Shown: positions 17,518 to 27,741 of the stretch, one piece after another
Layout: each line of letters starts with the position of its first letter
How positions within the stretch are numbered: position 1 is the first letter of the stretch
Assembly: GCA_021772515.1 (NCBI GenBank)
Contig: JAJFLU010000033.1
Coordinates: 28,106 to 92,105, forward strand
Length of the DNA: 64,000 bases
Direction of reading: 5' to 3'
DNA from: Opitutales bacterium
Lineage (GTDB): Bacteria; Verrucomicrobiota; Verrucomicrobiia; Opitutales; UBA2987
Position numbers and translations under genes: made by a program
Notes under the pieces: model-generated
Seen by the model: only the letters and a program-made list of their open reading frames with translations
What the model was told of the DNA's origin: nothing
Databases searched by the model: none

Positions 17518-20500
17518 TCAATTATATTTCTCTGCCCTTGCGATCAATTGTTCGATGCGCTTCTCACTGCGATCCAAGGGCAAACCGGGATGAATAACCT
17601 GCGCGGTGCAGCGTTCGGCGGCTTTCACCAGATCCTTAAAGGATCCTGCTGAACCGTCTTTGATAAAAGCTTTCTTGTTTTCGTTATATTCAAAAATGGC
17701 AGAGTTGATTTTGATGCATTCGTCACAGGAGGTGCATTGCTCGGTATCGATCCACGGGGCCATATAGTCTCCGTTGCCGATACCTTGGGGGGAGCCCTCA
17801 GTCGCGACAGAGCTTGGCGTTGCCTGAGTCAAGGCCGTAACGGCAGCAGCTCGGTCGCCAACCAATTGCAGGAGGCCCGCTGTAATGCGACCAGTCAGCT
17901 CCTGCTTTACCTCAGCTTCAATGTCCGCACGGGTAGTTGGCTGTTTTTCGCCGATACGGGCTATCGCCCGGAGCATGGTCCAGAAGTCGCGCCGCTCCTC
18001 GCAGGATTGCACAATGGGCTCGGCCACCAGCAGCCTGGTAAGCTCCTTTTTACGGTTAACACTCCAAACATAGGGGAAAAAGTCTTCCCGTTCGTCATCC
18101 GATAGCTCCAAAAACTCGGCCAGCGGGAGCATGTTTTCATTCCATGTGTCCTGCGGAGCCAAACGAAAATGCTTGCGAAACCTGACCTCCGTAATTGCGA
18201 AATCGGCGAAAGTCATGGGGATTTCCATCGATTTTTCGTCTCCGTCTTCGAGATAATTCAAAGTGTAGGTGGGCCAGTCTTGATCGACAGCCGGGTTGCC
18301 CTCGAGTTCGAAGCAATCCTCGGGGCGGCTGCCCTCGTCTGGATTATAACGAAATAAGGGATAGGCGCGGGATTCCACCACGAGCTTGGCCTGATTGGCG
18401 CTCATATCATCACCGATGCCATGCTCGGGCTGACAGGTGGCGTAGAGGTTGAAGAGGGCGGGCCGCCGGGCCTTTAACCCCTCAATGAAACCTTCGATCA
18501 TATGGTTGGCATGGGCAATGGTGCTTTGCATGACATAGGTTGTGCGGTGAGCCATGCCGATAAGCCCTATTTCCTTGCGAACTTCTTCCTTGCCCTTTTG
18601 GGCTTTGCCGTACTGGGCCATATCCGAGATCTGACCGAAAAAACCGGAAGTGCAGGCTTGGCCACCTGTATTGGAGTAAACCTGCGTGTCCAAAACCAGA
18701 ACTTTGATCGGTTTCCCGGAAGAGAGGGCGCGGGAGAGATTCTGGAATCCGATGTCGTACATGGCGCCATCGCCCCCCATCGCGACGACGGGCGGGCAGA
18801 GTTCCCACTCTTCGTCACTGAATTTCCTCCAATCGAAATAGGTCATAAACTCATCATGGATGCTCGGATCGTAGTCTCCTGACAATTCGAGCTCGGCCAA
18901 CCGGATTGCCTTAAATCCCTCCGCCATCTTGGCCATGTGACCCTCGAATACGCCCATCGCCATCGAAGCTGGATCCTGGAACAGGTGGTTGGCCCAGGGG
19001 AAAGGATAGGGATTAAACGGGTAAGTGCTACCCCAAACCGAGGTGCATCCGGTCGCATTTACCATACCCATTTTTGCCCGTCCACGTCCGGTAGTTCCCT
19101 CGATGTATTTCCACTTCAGGTTCTTGAGTTTACCAACCGAACGGGTGACCCGGCGCAGCCAATCCTGGTCTATCGGCTCACCACCGGTCAACTGCTCCAG
19201 ACGTTCCGCTATACTGGCCAGGGTGACATCTCCACCACTCATCTCTTCGACTACATTGGCAAAGGTAGCCGGGTCGCCGACATTGATTCCCTTTACCAAC
19301 TGTAGTTGAATGTGTTTTTCCAGTTTTTCGATTAACTCGGTCAGGTAGGCCAAGTGGCGGTCGATGCGCGGCTGCATGAGCGCTTCAACAGTCGCCACAA
19401 AAAGGTGAACCACGGTTTTTTCACCACAACCCAGACAAGCGCCATCCCCACTGGTGAATGAAAGGTAGTTTCTCTTGTCGAGGAGGACGGTTTCAAGGGC
19501 ACCGATGCCCTCTTCTACGTTGTCTACCCGAATGAATTTCTTCGGCGTATTGGGCAAATCGAGCCAAAATTTCCAATTCTGGCGCAGCTTTTCGATTGAT
19601 TCGCCGGTCTGGGTAATGGGCCTCAAAGCGTCGTCGTCGCATACCTCTACGCACTCCATGCAGCCCTTGCAGGTGTAGGGGTTGACGGTGATGCTAAGGA
19701 GACCACCGGCACCTTTTTTCTTTTTTTCAGGAACCGTGAAATAAGGTCTGGAGAGCGCGAACTGGAAGTCGGAGATTTCCTCCCGGAAAAGATCGAATTC
19801 CTTTTTCAGCTTACCGTTTGTCTCCGCCCCATTCTCCAGTTTTTCATTTTTGAGGGTTTTCTGGATGGCCTCATCCATCATCAAGGTGACATTGTCGGTC
19901 TCCTCAGCTTTGGCAAAAATGGCACGCAGATGGCGTTCCATGACCCGCACAGCTTTGGACAAATGTTTGACCTCTTTGCCCTGCTTGCGCATACGGCTAA
20001 CGACAGTATCGAAAATCTGTGTTACCTCGTTGACCAAACCGGGGATTGCCGTGTCTGGACATACCGTATAGCAATTGCCGCAGGCGGTGCAGTTTTCCGC
20101 GATCCATTCGGGGTGCTGAAAACGGATGCCTGTCATGTCGCGAAACAGCGCCGTAACCGCCGGCATCACACCGAGGCCGATAAAGGGGTCTGTGATACTG
20201 TCCGTGCCCATGCCTCGGGCATAGAAACTACCAGTCTGCTCCCAAAAACGGTGGATGTCCGAAGCGGGGGACTTGCTCTTCGGCTCGCGTTTGAGCATGA
20301 CAGGCAACGGGGGCTCGGTGGTCGCTGTTTTTTCACCGGCCTTTCTTTCCGTGATCGAGCCGTGGGCCACCTCCTGCACCTCGTCGAAACCCCTCTTGAC
20401 GACCTGCATGTTTTCCTGAACAACACGTGCGCCCTTGGCACCGAATTTGTGTTGGAGCTGGTTGTGGATGGCTTCGAGTAATTTTTCCTCTGAAAATCCA

Positions 20501-22452
20501 GCCTGCAACGCGACCGGGGAGGCGGCGAAAAACGCACCCTGAAAGGCGATGCCCTGCATGCGCAACTGCAGGTCGGGATCGGTGGCCACATCGCGGGCAA
20601 TCTGAAAGGCATCAAGATAGAAAAGTTTGATGTTCTTCTCCACCATGATCTTGCGATAATAGGGCGATATGCTCATCCAAACGGCCTCGGGCGAAGCCTG
20701 GTCGCTCTGGATGATGAAGATGCCACCCTCCTTCAGCCCGGCAAGGGCATTGGTATGCTGGAAGACGTTGGGATCGGGCGAAAGCACCACATCGACGTAG
20801 AAGTATTCGCAGTTGACCCGGATCGGTTCCGGCGCCGCCGAGAGGTAGTAAGTGGTCGGCTGTCCCTTCTTTTCCGAGCCATATTTGGGGTTGGCCTTGA
20901 TGTGGAAACCGAGCAGATCGAACAAGGTCATGGCCAGATTTTTGCCGGTTGTGATAGCGCCCCACCCTCCCACCGAGTGAAAACGCACCGTGATACTGCC
21001 CTCGGGCATGAGGTTGGGATTTTCGGAACCGTGGACGGCCAACTCCCGCACATTGGGGTAACCGGATTCGATATTTTCCTGGTGTATCTGCTGCTTTGGA
21101 CTGATGGGCTTGTCCCGCAGGAAATCGATTGAAAGGTAAAAGAACTTCTTGTGCGCTCCTTCCGGCAGCATGTTCTCGATTGCTCCGATAATTCCTTCGG
21201 GCTGTAAATCGCGGCTGCCCATGCCAAAGGAACCCGAATACAAGGCCGGCGCTTCCGAGGCGGATTTGTAGGTTTCGAGATCCGGGTACGGCTTCCGCCT
21301 GGGGTCGCGGCCGTTTTCCAGACAGCGGCTCATGGTGGCTCGGATCTCACGCATTACCGGCAGGTCAACGGCCAGCGGTTGGTCGAGACGCTCAAGAATG
21401 GCGACCGCTTTTTTGCCCTTCAAAATACGACTCACCCAGTCTGCCGGAAAGGGGCGGAACATGAGGAGATCGACCACGCCGACCTTTAAGCCTCGGGTTT
21501 CGCGTAAATAATCGGCAACCACTTCGGCGGATGGTATGATGCTGCCTTGACCGAGGATCAAGTAATCGGCGTCCTCGGCCCGGTAGGACATGACGCGGTC
21601 GTAGCGGCGTCCGGTCAATTCGTAAAACTCGTCGAAAGCCTGTTCGGACAGTTCTTCTATGTGATCGAAAAAGAAGGGCCGCTGGGCCGCCACGCTCTGC
21701 ATATAGGAATCCTGGTTCTGCACCAGCCCAGCCATCATAGGGTTGTCGACATCCCAAAGCTCGGGGATACGGCGTCGAGTGTCGCCGTAAATAATTCGCT
21801 GGGCCGGTGTCGGTGTGTCGATGATGTCCTCAGGGTGTCCGAGGTATTCCTCGATCAGCTCCCTTTCCGGAACCATGAGCGACTCGATCAGGTGGGTGGT
21901 GAGAAAGCCGTCCTGGGCAATGGCTCCGGGAGTCAGGGCCAACTCGGCAATGCGGTGCGAAATGATATTGAGATCGGCCGAGGACTGGGCGTCTTTGGCA
22001 AATAGCTGGAAGAAACCGGTGTCGTCGATGCAATGATAGTCGTCATGACCGGCGTGGACATTGAGGGTGGCCTTTGTCATGGCCCGCGCCCCGATATTGA
22101 GAACATAGGGGAGACGTTTGCCGACGGCCGCGTAGAGCGACTCGTGCATGTAGGCAATGCCCTGGCCGGAGGAGAAGTTGATGGCCCGGAGTCCGGTCAT
22201 GGAGAGTCCTGCGGTCACTGCGGCGGCGGCATGTTCGCCCTCCGGTTCAATAAAAATCAAGGGACGCCCGGAGATATTGACATGACCTTGGGCGGCGGCT
22301 TCGGCCCAATACTCTCCCATCTGGGTGGAGGGGGTGATGGGATAAGCGCCAGCGGCATCGCTCGACTCACGCTCACACATGATGACAGCCGTATTGCCAT
22401 CCAAAGCGGCTCGGCTTCCGGTATATTTGAATTTCTTCGCCTTAATCTTCAT
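17518..22452 (-). CDS. nifJ: Pyruvate:ferredoxin (flavodoxin) oxidoreductase, unusually long (1644 aa), with a fused C-terminal single-cluster ferredoxin module
   Basis: All PFOR hallmarks appear in order: YPITPST; GWGAITTGKN...KYGSEKKGQPT; CTACGNCYTVCP and CKGCMECVEVCD; GDGACLGCGEK; NATGCTSVWG; GGDGAMYDIG...LDTQVYSNTGGQ; and YATCQPEHG. An extra C-terminal CTSCDEC...C module follows. Confidence 0.9.
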   Translation of the reverse strand: MKIKAKKFKYTGSRAALDGNTAVIMCERESSDAAGAYPITPSTQMGEYWAEAAAQGHVNISGRPLIFIEPEGEHAAAAVTAGLSMTGLRAINFSSGQGIAYMHESLYAAVGKRLPYVLNIGARAMTKATLNVHAGHDDYHCIDDTGFFQLFAKDAQSSADLNIISHRIAELALTPGAIAQDGFLTTHLIESLMVPERELIEEYLGHPEDIIDTPTPAQRIIYGDTRRRIPELWDVDNPMMAGLVQNQDSYMQSVAAQRPFFFDHIEELSEQAFDEFYELTGRRYDRVMSYRAEDADYLILGQGSIIPSAEVVADYLRETRGLKVGVVDLLMFRPFPADWVSRILKGKKAVAILERLDQPLAVDLPVMREIRATMSRCLENGRDPRRKPYPDLETYKSASEAPALYSGSFGMGSRDLQPEGIIGAIENMLPEGAHKKFFYLSIDFLRDKPISPKQQIHQENIESGYPNVRELAVHGSENPNLMPEGSITVRFHSVGGWGAITTGKNLAMTLFDLLGFHIKANPKYGSEKKGQPTTYYLSAAPEPIRVNCEYFYVDVVLSPDPNVFQHTNALAGLKEGGIFIIQSDQASPEAVWMSISPYYRKIMVEKNIKLFYLDAFQIARDVATDPDLQLRMQGIAFQGAFFAASPVALQAGFSEEKLLEAIHNQLQHKFGAKGARVVQENMQVVKRGFDEVQEVAHGSITERKAGEKTATTEPPLPVMLKREPKSKSPASDIHRFWEQTGSFYARGMGTDSITDPFIGLGVMPAVTALFRDMTGIRFQHPEWIAENCTACGNCYTVCPDTAIPGLVNEVTQIFDTVVSRMRKQGKEVKHLSKAVRVMERHLRAIFAKAEETDNVTLMMDEAIQKTLKNEKLENGAETNGKLKKEFDLFREEISDFQFALSRPYFTVPEKKKKGAGGLLSITVNPYTCKGCMECVEVCDDDALRPITQTGESIEKLRQNWKFWLDLPNTPKKFIRVDNVEEGIGALETVLLDKRNYLSFTSGDGACLGCGEKTVVHLFVATVEALMQPRIDRHLAYLTELIEKLEKHIQLQLVKGINVGDPATFANVVEEMSGGDVTLASIAERLEQLTGGEPIDQDWLRRVTRSVGKLKNLKWKYIEGTTGRGRAKMGMVNATGCTSVWGSTYPFNPYPFPWANHLFQDPASMAMGVFEGHMAKMAEGFKAIRLAELELSGDYDPSIHDEFMTYFDWRKFSDEEWELCPPVVAMGGDGAMYDIGFQNLSRALSSGKPIKVLVLDTQVYSNTGGQACTSGFFGQISDMAQYGKAQKGKEEVRKEIGLIGMAHRTTYVMQSTIAHANHMIEGFIEGLKARRPALFNLYATCQPEHGIGDDMSANQAKLVVESRAYPLFRYNPDEGSRPEDCFELEGNPAVDQDWPTYTLNYLEDGDEKSMEIPMTFADFAITEVRFRKHFRLAPQDTWNENMLPLAEFLELSDDEREDFFPYVWSVNRKKELTRLLVAEPIVQSCEERRDFWTMLRAIARIGEKQPTTRADIEAEVKQELTGRITAGLLQLVGDRAAAVTALTQATPSSVATEGSPQGIGNGDYMAPWIDTEQCTSCDECIKINSAIFEYNENKKAFIKDGSAGSFKDLVKAAERCTAQVIHPGLPLDRSEKRIEQLIARAEKYN

Positions 22453-22515
22453 CGTGATAACTTTCTTTCACTTTCAATAAGAGGAGGATAATTTTTCTAA
22501 AAAATTGGTTTGAGA

Positions 22516-23391
22516 TCAGGTTGGCGCCTCGCGCAATGAGCCCTGGCGGATTATTTTGCGTGCCGCCCGTCCTTTCACGGTCCCTTTTTTGGCGTCGAGC
22601 CAAACGATGGCTCCAGTCGGACAACGCTGCGTCGCCTCCGCCGATTGGAAGCGGTTTTTAGTGTAATCGACCACCGGCAGATTACCCCGCATTTCAATCA
22701 GGCCTGGGGCGTCCATGGCGCAACGTGCGCAGGCGGTGCAGGCAACCTGGCAGTCATCCAGGATTTCATCGCCTTCCTCCTGAGAGCGGCAGGCCACCCA
22801 GAGCCGATGGCTTTGCGGGTGCAGGGAAAACAAGTCTTTGGGGCATGCCGTCACGCAGTCGCCACAGGCGGTGCATAGATCCTCGTCAACCACCGGCAGG
22901 TGGTGCCGGTCCATCGTAATGGCGTCGAAGTCGCAGGACACCGCGCAGTCATCCAGCCCCAGGCAGCCCCAAAAACAGCCCTTGCCGCCGCCCGCGACCA
23001 ACGTTGCCGCCGCGCAGGATTCGAGGCCCACGTAACGGGCATGATTGCGGGATACATTGGCGCCACCGGCACAGGCCAGCCTCGCTACACGCTTCTCCTC
23101 GGCCCCCACATCAACCCCAAGATAGGCGGCTATCAGGATGTGTTCTTCAGGCGGACTGACGGTGCACTTTCCCGGCAGCACAACGCCTTCGACCAATGCT
23201 TCGGCAAAAGGACGGCACCCCGGATAGCCGCAACCTCCGCAGTTGGTATGCGGGAGCATATCTTCGACCGCATCGATACGCGGATCCTCCTCAACATGCA
23301 GCCAGTGGTTAGCCACAACAAGGAGCGAGGCCAGAGCCAGTGTAAGCCCACCGATTGTGGCAACAGCGGTTAGGACTAGCATAGAGTTCAC
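22516..23391 (-). CDS. rnfB: Rnf complex subunit B (polyferredoxin type)
   Basis: An N-terminal TM helix is followed by CGGCGYPGCRPFAEAL. Several Fe-S Cys motifs follow (CTACGDCVTACP, CQVACTACARC, CPTGAI). Confidence 0.85.
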   Translation of the reverse strand: MNSMLVLTAVATIGGLTLALASLLVVANHWLHVEEDPRIDAVEDMLPHTNCGGCGYPGCRPFAEALVEGVVLPGKCTVSPPEEHILIAAYLGVDVGAEEKRVARLACAGGANVSRNHARYVGLESCAAATLVAGGGKGCFWGCLGLDDCAVSCDFDAITMDRHHLPVVDEDLCTACGDCVTACPKDLFSLHPQSHRLWVACRSQEEGDEILDDCQVACTACARCAMDAPGLIEMRGNLPVVDYTKNRFQSAEATQRCPTGAIVWLDAKKGTVKGRAARKIIRQGSLREAPT

Positions 23392-23789
23392 GGAAAATGA
23401 CGCAAAGTGCGGACGTTGGAAACGAGGAGGGAAGTTTGCCAGTCAAACGGAAAATAACACATTTCTAATATTTTTCTTTCTTAGTTGAATTCGATCTGTG
23501 CCAGATACTTCTAATTTTTTTGGCCGATTGTGAAAAAAGGGAGGTTAAATCGAGATTCCCCAGACGAGGGGCTTGAGTCTTTGAAAATATCGACCTGACA
23601 CCTCTCCTGTGGAGCTTCCCGCGTTCGACTGTATATTACCCCTTTAATTACGCTTTTGCAATTTTTTTCTTGGTATCTACCAATGGAATAGGCGGTAATT
23701 GCTATTCGTTGGGGCTGTCGTCCTTGGCCCGCGATGCGTGCAAGGCATAGGATATCGACCCCAATGAATGATGCCCTCCAGTTGAAGAT

Positions 23790-24278
23790 TCAACCGGCCA
23801 GTAGTCTTGTTCGGGTGAAGGGGATGAGCCCTCCGGCTTCGATAATTTCCTGGCGGGATTTGGGGAGGGGCACAATTTCGAAACTTTGTCCGGTGGTTTT
23901 GTTGATTGCCTGATTTTCGCTGATTTCCAATTCGTCTCCGGTTGAGGCTTCGATGTTTGGGGCGATCACTATGTCCAGTCCCAGATTGACCGCGTTTTGC
24001 AGGAAAATACGGGCGATACTTTTGGCCACAATGACCACTTCGTGACCTTTCAATGTAGAAACCGCTTGCTCGCGCGAGGAGCCACAGCCGAAGTTTTCAC
24101 CCGCCACGATAGCGCGCGCCTGGGGTTCGTCCGTTGAGAGCAACCGACCATTGAATTCGGGGTCGTCTATAAACGCAAACTGGGGCGTCTCGCTGGGAAG
24201 CACGGTGGCCATATAGCGACCGGGATAGATGATGTCGGTGGAAATATCGTCGCCAACAGTGAAGATTACTTTTGCCAT
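23790..24278 (-). CDS. Aconitase-family dehydratase small subunit (LeuD/HacB-like)
   Basis: From the internal ATG the sequence reads MAKVIFTVGDDISTDIIYPGRY...GENFGCGSSREQA. It starts 2 nt after the large-subunit stop. Confidence 0.8.
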   Translation of the reverse strand: MAKVIFTVGDDISTDIIYPGRYMATVLPSETPQFAFIDDPEFNGRLLSTDEPQARAIVAGENFGCGSSREQAVSTLKGHEVVIVAKSIARIFLQNAVNLGLDIVIAPNIEASTGDELEISENQAINKTTGQSFEIVPLPKSRQEIIEAGGLIPFTRTRLLAG

Positions 24279-24280
24279 GA

Positions 24281-25573
24281 TTAATTGTCTCCTTTCCGGG
24301 GATCGGTGATAACGCCGGTGACAGCCGAAGCTGCCGCCACGGCAGGTGAGCAAAGATAAACCGCTGCCGTGGGATTGCCCATGCGGCCCTTGAAATTGCG
24401 GTTTGTCGTCGATAGAGCAACTTCCCCATCTCCCAGTGCGCCTTCGTGAATCCCCAGACAGGGGCCGCATCCGGGATTCATGACCAACGCGCCAGCAGTC
24501 ATGAAATCGCCGATCAATCCCTTTCCCAGGGCCTGGGAGTAAATCCTGCCGGAGGCCGGGAAGACGAGCATGCGAGTGTTTTGGGAAACCTTTTTGCCCC
24601 GGATCATGCTGGCAGCCATTTCTAGGTCGTCGAGGCGACCGTTGGTGCAGGAGCCGATGACCACCTGGTGGATAGCGGTTCCGTGAACTTCGTCGATCGA
24701 TTTCACATTATCAACGGTATGCGGACAGGCGATTTGCGGCTCCAGTTTCGACACATCGATTTCGATTAGCTCGTCGTACTCGGCATCGGCGTCTGGAAAC
24801 ACCATTTCCAAAGAGTCTTCCACGCCCGCTTCTTCTTTTAGATAGCGGACAGTTTCATCATCCGCTGGCACGATACCCGCGGTAGCCCCGGCTTCAACCG
24901 ACATATTGCAGATCACGAGGCGACCGGAAGTGGACATTTTCCTGATTGTATCGCCGTGGAACTCGATCACCCGAAAGTTGGCGCCCTGGGCGCTGATTTT
25001 TCCTATGAGGTGAAGAATGAGATCCTTGGGGCCGACAAATTCCGGGAATTCACCGGTTACAATAACCTTGATGGTGGCGGGAACCTCTACGTTGAGGGCT
25101 TTACCCAATGCCCAGACGCTGGCCATCTCGGTGGCTCCTATACCGAACGAGAACGCGCCCAATGCGCCGTGGCTTGTGGTGTGGGAATCCGTTCCCACCA
25201 CTACGCAACCGGGGCGCACATAGCCCGATTCGGGCAGAATCTGGTGACAAATCCCGCCAACATCTCCACGGATGTCGTGAAATTTTCCAATGAACTGCTC
25301 CCTTACGAACTCGCGCACTTTTTTCTGATTACTGGCCGTTTTGGGAGATTCCGCCGGCACACGATGATCGAAGATAATGGCAATTTTCGAGGCGTCCCAA
25401 ACTTTCGGCTCCAGGGGCGTGCCCTCATAAATCTGAAGAAACTGGTTGATGACCAAGGCGCCGTTTTCGTGCGACATGGCAAGGTCGATCCTCGGCTCGA
25501 CTACATCTCCCGGTTTCAGGGCCGATTTCCCGGCGGCTTTTGCCAGGATTTTTTCAACTATTGTCATGCTCAT
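24281..25573 (-). CDS. Aconitase-family dehydratase large subunit (LeuC/HacA-like, about 430 aa type)
   Basis: Motifs include MTIVEKILA, GTDSHTTSHGALGAFSFGIGATE, and the cluster cysteines in IGSCTNGR and PGCGPCLG. Confidence 0.85.
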   Translation of the reverse strand: MSMTIVEKILAKAAGKSALKPGDVVEPRIDLAMSHENGALVINQFLQIYEGTPLEPKVWDASKIAIIFDHRVPAESPKTASNQKKVREFVREQFIGKFHDIRGDVGGICHQILPESGYVRPGCVVVGTDSHTTSHGALGAFSFGIGATEMASVWALGKALNVEVPATIKVIVTGEFPEFVGPKDLILHLIGKISAQGANFRVIEFHGDTIRKMSTSGRLVICNMSVEAGATAGIVPADDETVRYLKEEAGVEDSLEMVFPDADAEYDELIEIDVSKLEPQIACPHTVDNVKSIDEVHGTAIHQVVIGSCTNGRLDDLEMAASMIRGKKVSQNTRMLVFPASGRIYSQALGKGLIGDFMTAGALVMNPGCGPCLGIHEGALGDGEVALSTTNRNFKGRMGNPTAAVYLCSPAVAAASAVTGVITDPRKGDN

Positions 25574-25601
25574 TTGCGCTCCTTGTGTCTTTAGATTTCA
25601 A

Positions 25602-26795
25602 TTAAACAATCTTCGCTTTTTTAAAGGCTTCCGTTTCGGTGGGCGAGTAGCCGAGTTCATGAAGGATATCATCGGTATGGGCTGAGAGATCGGGAGGGGG
25701 CGATTCCACGGCGCCGGGGGTCTTCTCGAATTTTGCGGTCAGGTCGAAGAGCTTCAGGATTCCGATTCCCTCTTTGTGGATCGACCGTATAGTTTGACGA
25801 TGCTGAATCTGGGACGCCTGCAATGCCGCCTCAAGACTGAGTATTTCACCCGACGGAATCCCTTTGACATTGAGAGCGTCAACCCAGTGTTTGGTCGAAT
25901 TTTCCTTTAATTTGGTCTCCAATAGCGGAGTAAGTTCTTTCCGGTTTTTTTTCCGGGCATCACGCTGCTGAAAACGAGGATCGGTCTTCAATTCCGGAAC
26001 CCCCAAAACATCCGCAACCGCCTCCCATTGCTCCTGTTTGTTGGCGGCGATATTTATATAACCATCTTTGGTCAAAAATGTGCCCGAAGGAGCCGCCGTG
26101 AAGTTATCATTACCGAGAAGTTGAGGCTGTTTTCCCCCGATGAGAAGATTGGCCGCCACCCAACCCATGAGAGGCATGATGGAATCCAGCAAGGCAACGT
26201 CTATGGATTGTCCCTGGCCGGTTCTCTCCCGATGAAACAGGGCGCCAAGAATGGAAAAAGCAGCGTTCAATCCGCCAACCGTGTCACAAACAGGAAATCC
26301 ACAGCGCAGTGGATTCAGGCGCTCATCGCCATTGATGGCCATAACTCCGCTCAAACCCTGGATGATCTGGTCGTAGGCGGGCTTCATTGAGTCTGGGCCC
26401 GTCTGCCCGAACCCGGAAATGGCGCAATAGATGATCTGTGGATTGATTTCACTTAGATGATTGTAGGAGAGGCCCAGGCGCTCCATGACCCCGGGACGAA
26501 AATTTTCGACTACGACGTCTGCGGTTTCGGTCAGTTTTTTAAAAATTTCCCTACCCTCGGGTGCTTTCAGATTGAGGGTGAGCGACTTTTTATTCGCGTT
26601 CTGGGCCAGGAAGCTGGTGCCCATGAGTTTGTCATTCAGTTCGGGAACATTTCCCAGGCGGCGGGCCAGATCGCCCTCGCCCGGTCTCTCAATTTTAATG
26701 ACCTCGGCCCCCAGCAAAGCGAGGTGCATAGTGGCAAAAGGTCCGGCCAAAACGTTGGTCAAATCGAGAACCCTGATTCCAGACAGTATTTTCAT
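25602..26795 (-). CDS. Family III CoA-transferase (CaiB/BaiF/Frc type)
   Basis: From the internal ATG the sequence reads MKILSGIRVLDLTNVLAGPFATMHLALLGAEVIKIERPGEGD, the canonical N-terminus of class III CoA-transferases. Confidence 0.85.
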   Translation of the reverse strand: MKILSGIRVLDLTNVLAGPFATMHLALLGAEVIKIERPGEGDLARRLGNVPELNDKLMGTSFLAQNANKKSLTLNLKAPEGREIFKKLTETADVVVENFRPGVMERLGLSYNHLSEINPQIIYCAISGFGQTGPDSMKPAYDQIIQGLSGVMAINGDERLNPLRCGFPVCDTVGGLNAAFSILGALFHRERTGQGQSIDVALLDSIMPLMGWVAANLLIGGKQPQLLGNDNFTAAPSGTFLTKDGYINIAANKQEQWEAVADVLGVPELKTDPRFQQRDARKKNRKELTPLLETKLKENSTKHWVDALNVKGIPSGEILSLEAALQASQIQHRQTIRSIHKEGIGILKLFDLTAKFEKTPGAVESPPPDLSAHTDDILHELGYSPTETEAFKKAKIV

Positions 26796-26823
26796 AATGA
26801 AACCAAAAGTGAAAAAATAATAT

Positions 26824-27741
26824 TCAGCCAAACTCAGGAATCGGTCCCGACTTGTGGACATATCCTGCCATGTCGCGTCCGAAAAATCGACCCACATCGC
26901 GGGCGATTTCGATCAGTTTTCCCAGATTCACCTCTTTCCTGACATTCATACGCTGGAGCATGTGAACGAGATCCTCCGTGCAAACATTTCCACCGGCAAT
27001 CTTCGTAAACGGGCAGCCTCCCAATCCGGCAAAGGAGGATTCAAAGTATCTTACACCCATCTGGTAGGCGGCATAGCAATTGGCCAATGCGAGGCCATAG
27101 GTGTTGTGGAAATGGCAGGCCCATTCCGCTTCGCTGTCCAGGGAGGCAACGGCATTGAATAATTTCTCGACCTTATCGGGGGTGGCGTGGCCCGCGGTGT
27201 CGGCCAGGCTGATCGTCTTGTGTCCAGCTTCGAGAAATTTCCCGACCAACCCCAGAACCCGATCCATAGAAATTTCTCCTTCATAACCGCAGCCGAAAGC
27301 CGATTGAACGGAGACCTGCACCTTTTTCTTCTCCCTTTCGGCCTGGTCAGCCATAGCGATAATCCGCCCGGATGCCTCGGCAATCGACATTCCGGTATTT
27401 TTCCTGCTATGGGTTTCACTGGCGGATACACCCATGCAAAACATATCGACGCCGCAGGCCAATCCGCGCTCAAGACCCTTTTCGTTCAACACCAACCCCG
27501 AAAGCGTGACATTGGAGTGTTTGCTCCGGTGGTTTTTCAATTCGGAAAATAGCAGATCGGCATCCGCCATTTGGGGCACTCTGGCGGGGTGGACAAAGGA
27601 GCCGACCTGAACGATATCAAGGCCGCACTCGAGCAGTCCGTGAATCCATTTGAGTTTTTGCTCCGTCGGAACGGTTTGCTCTTCAAATTGCAACCCATCG
27701 CGGGGTCCTACTTCGTGAAGGACTAATTCGCGAGTTATCAC
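26824..27741 (-). CDS. HMG-CoA lyase-like (DRE-TIM metallolyase) acyl-CoA lyase
   Basis: HEVGPRDGLQ, the HFHNTYG-type metal site (CHFHNTYGLALAN) and GLGGCPF are present. Length is 305 aa. Confidence 0.85.
   Translation of the reverse strand: MITRELVLHEVGPRDGLQFEEQTVPTEQKLKWIHGLLECGLDIVQVGSFVHPARVPQMADADLLFSELKNHRSKHSNVTLSGLVLNEKGLERGLACGVDMFCMGVSASETHSRKNTGMSIAEASGRIIAMADQAEREKKKVQVSVQSAFGCGYEGEISMDRVLGLVGKFLEAGHKTISLADTAGHATPDKVEKLFNAVASLDSEAEWACHFHNTYGLALANCYAAYQMGVRYFESSFAGLGGCPFTKIAGGNVCTEDLVHMLQRMNVRKEVNLGKLIEIARDVGRFFGRDMAGYVHKSGPIPEFG

Noticed and set aside
23528-23534. TTGTGAA upstream of rnfB, considered as a possible Rex (redox repressor) operator.
   Set aside because: Only one half-site is present. 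No TTCACAA partner lies at the expected spacing.
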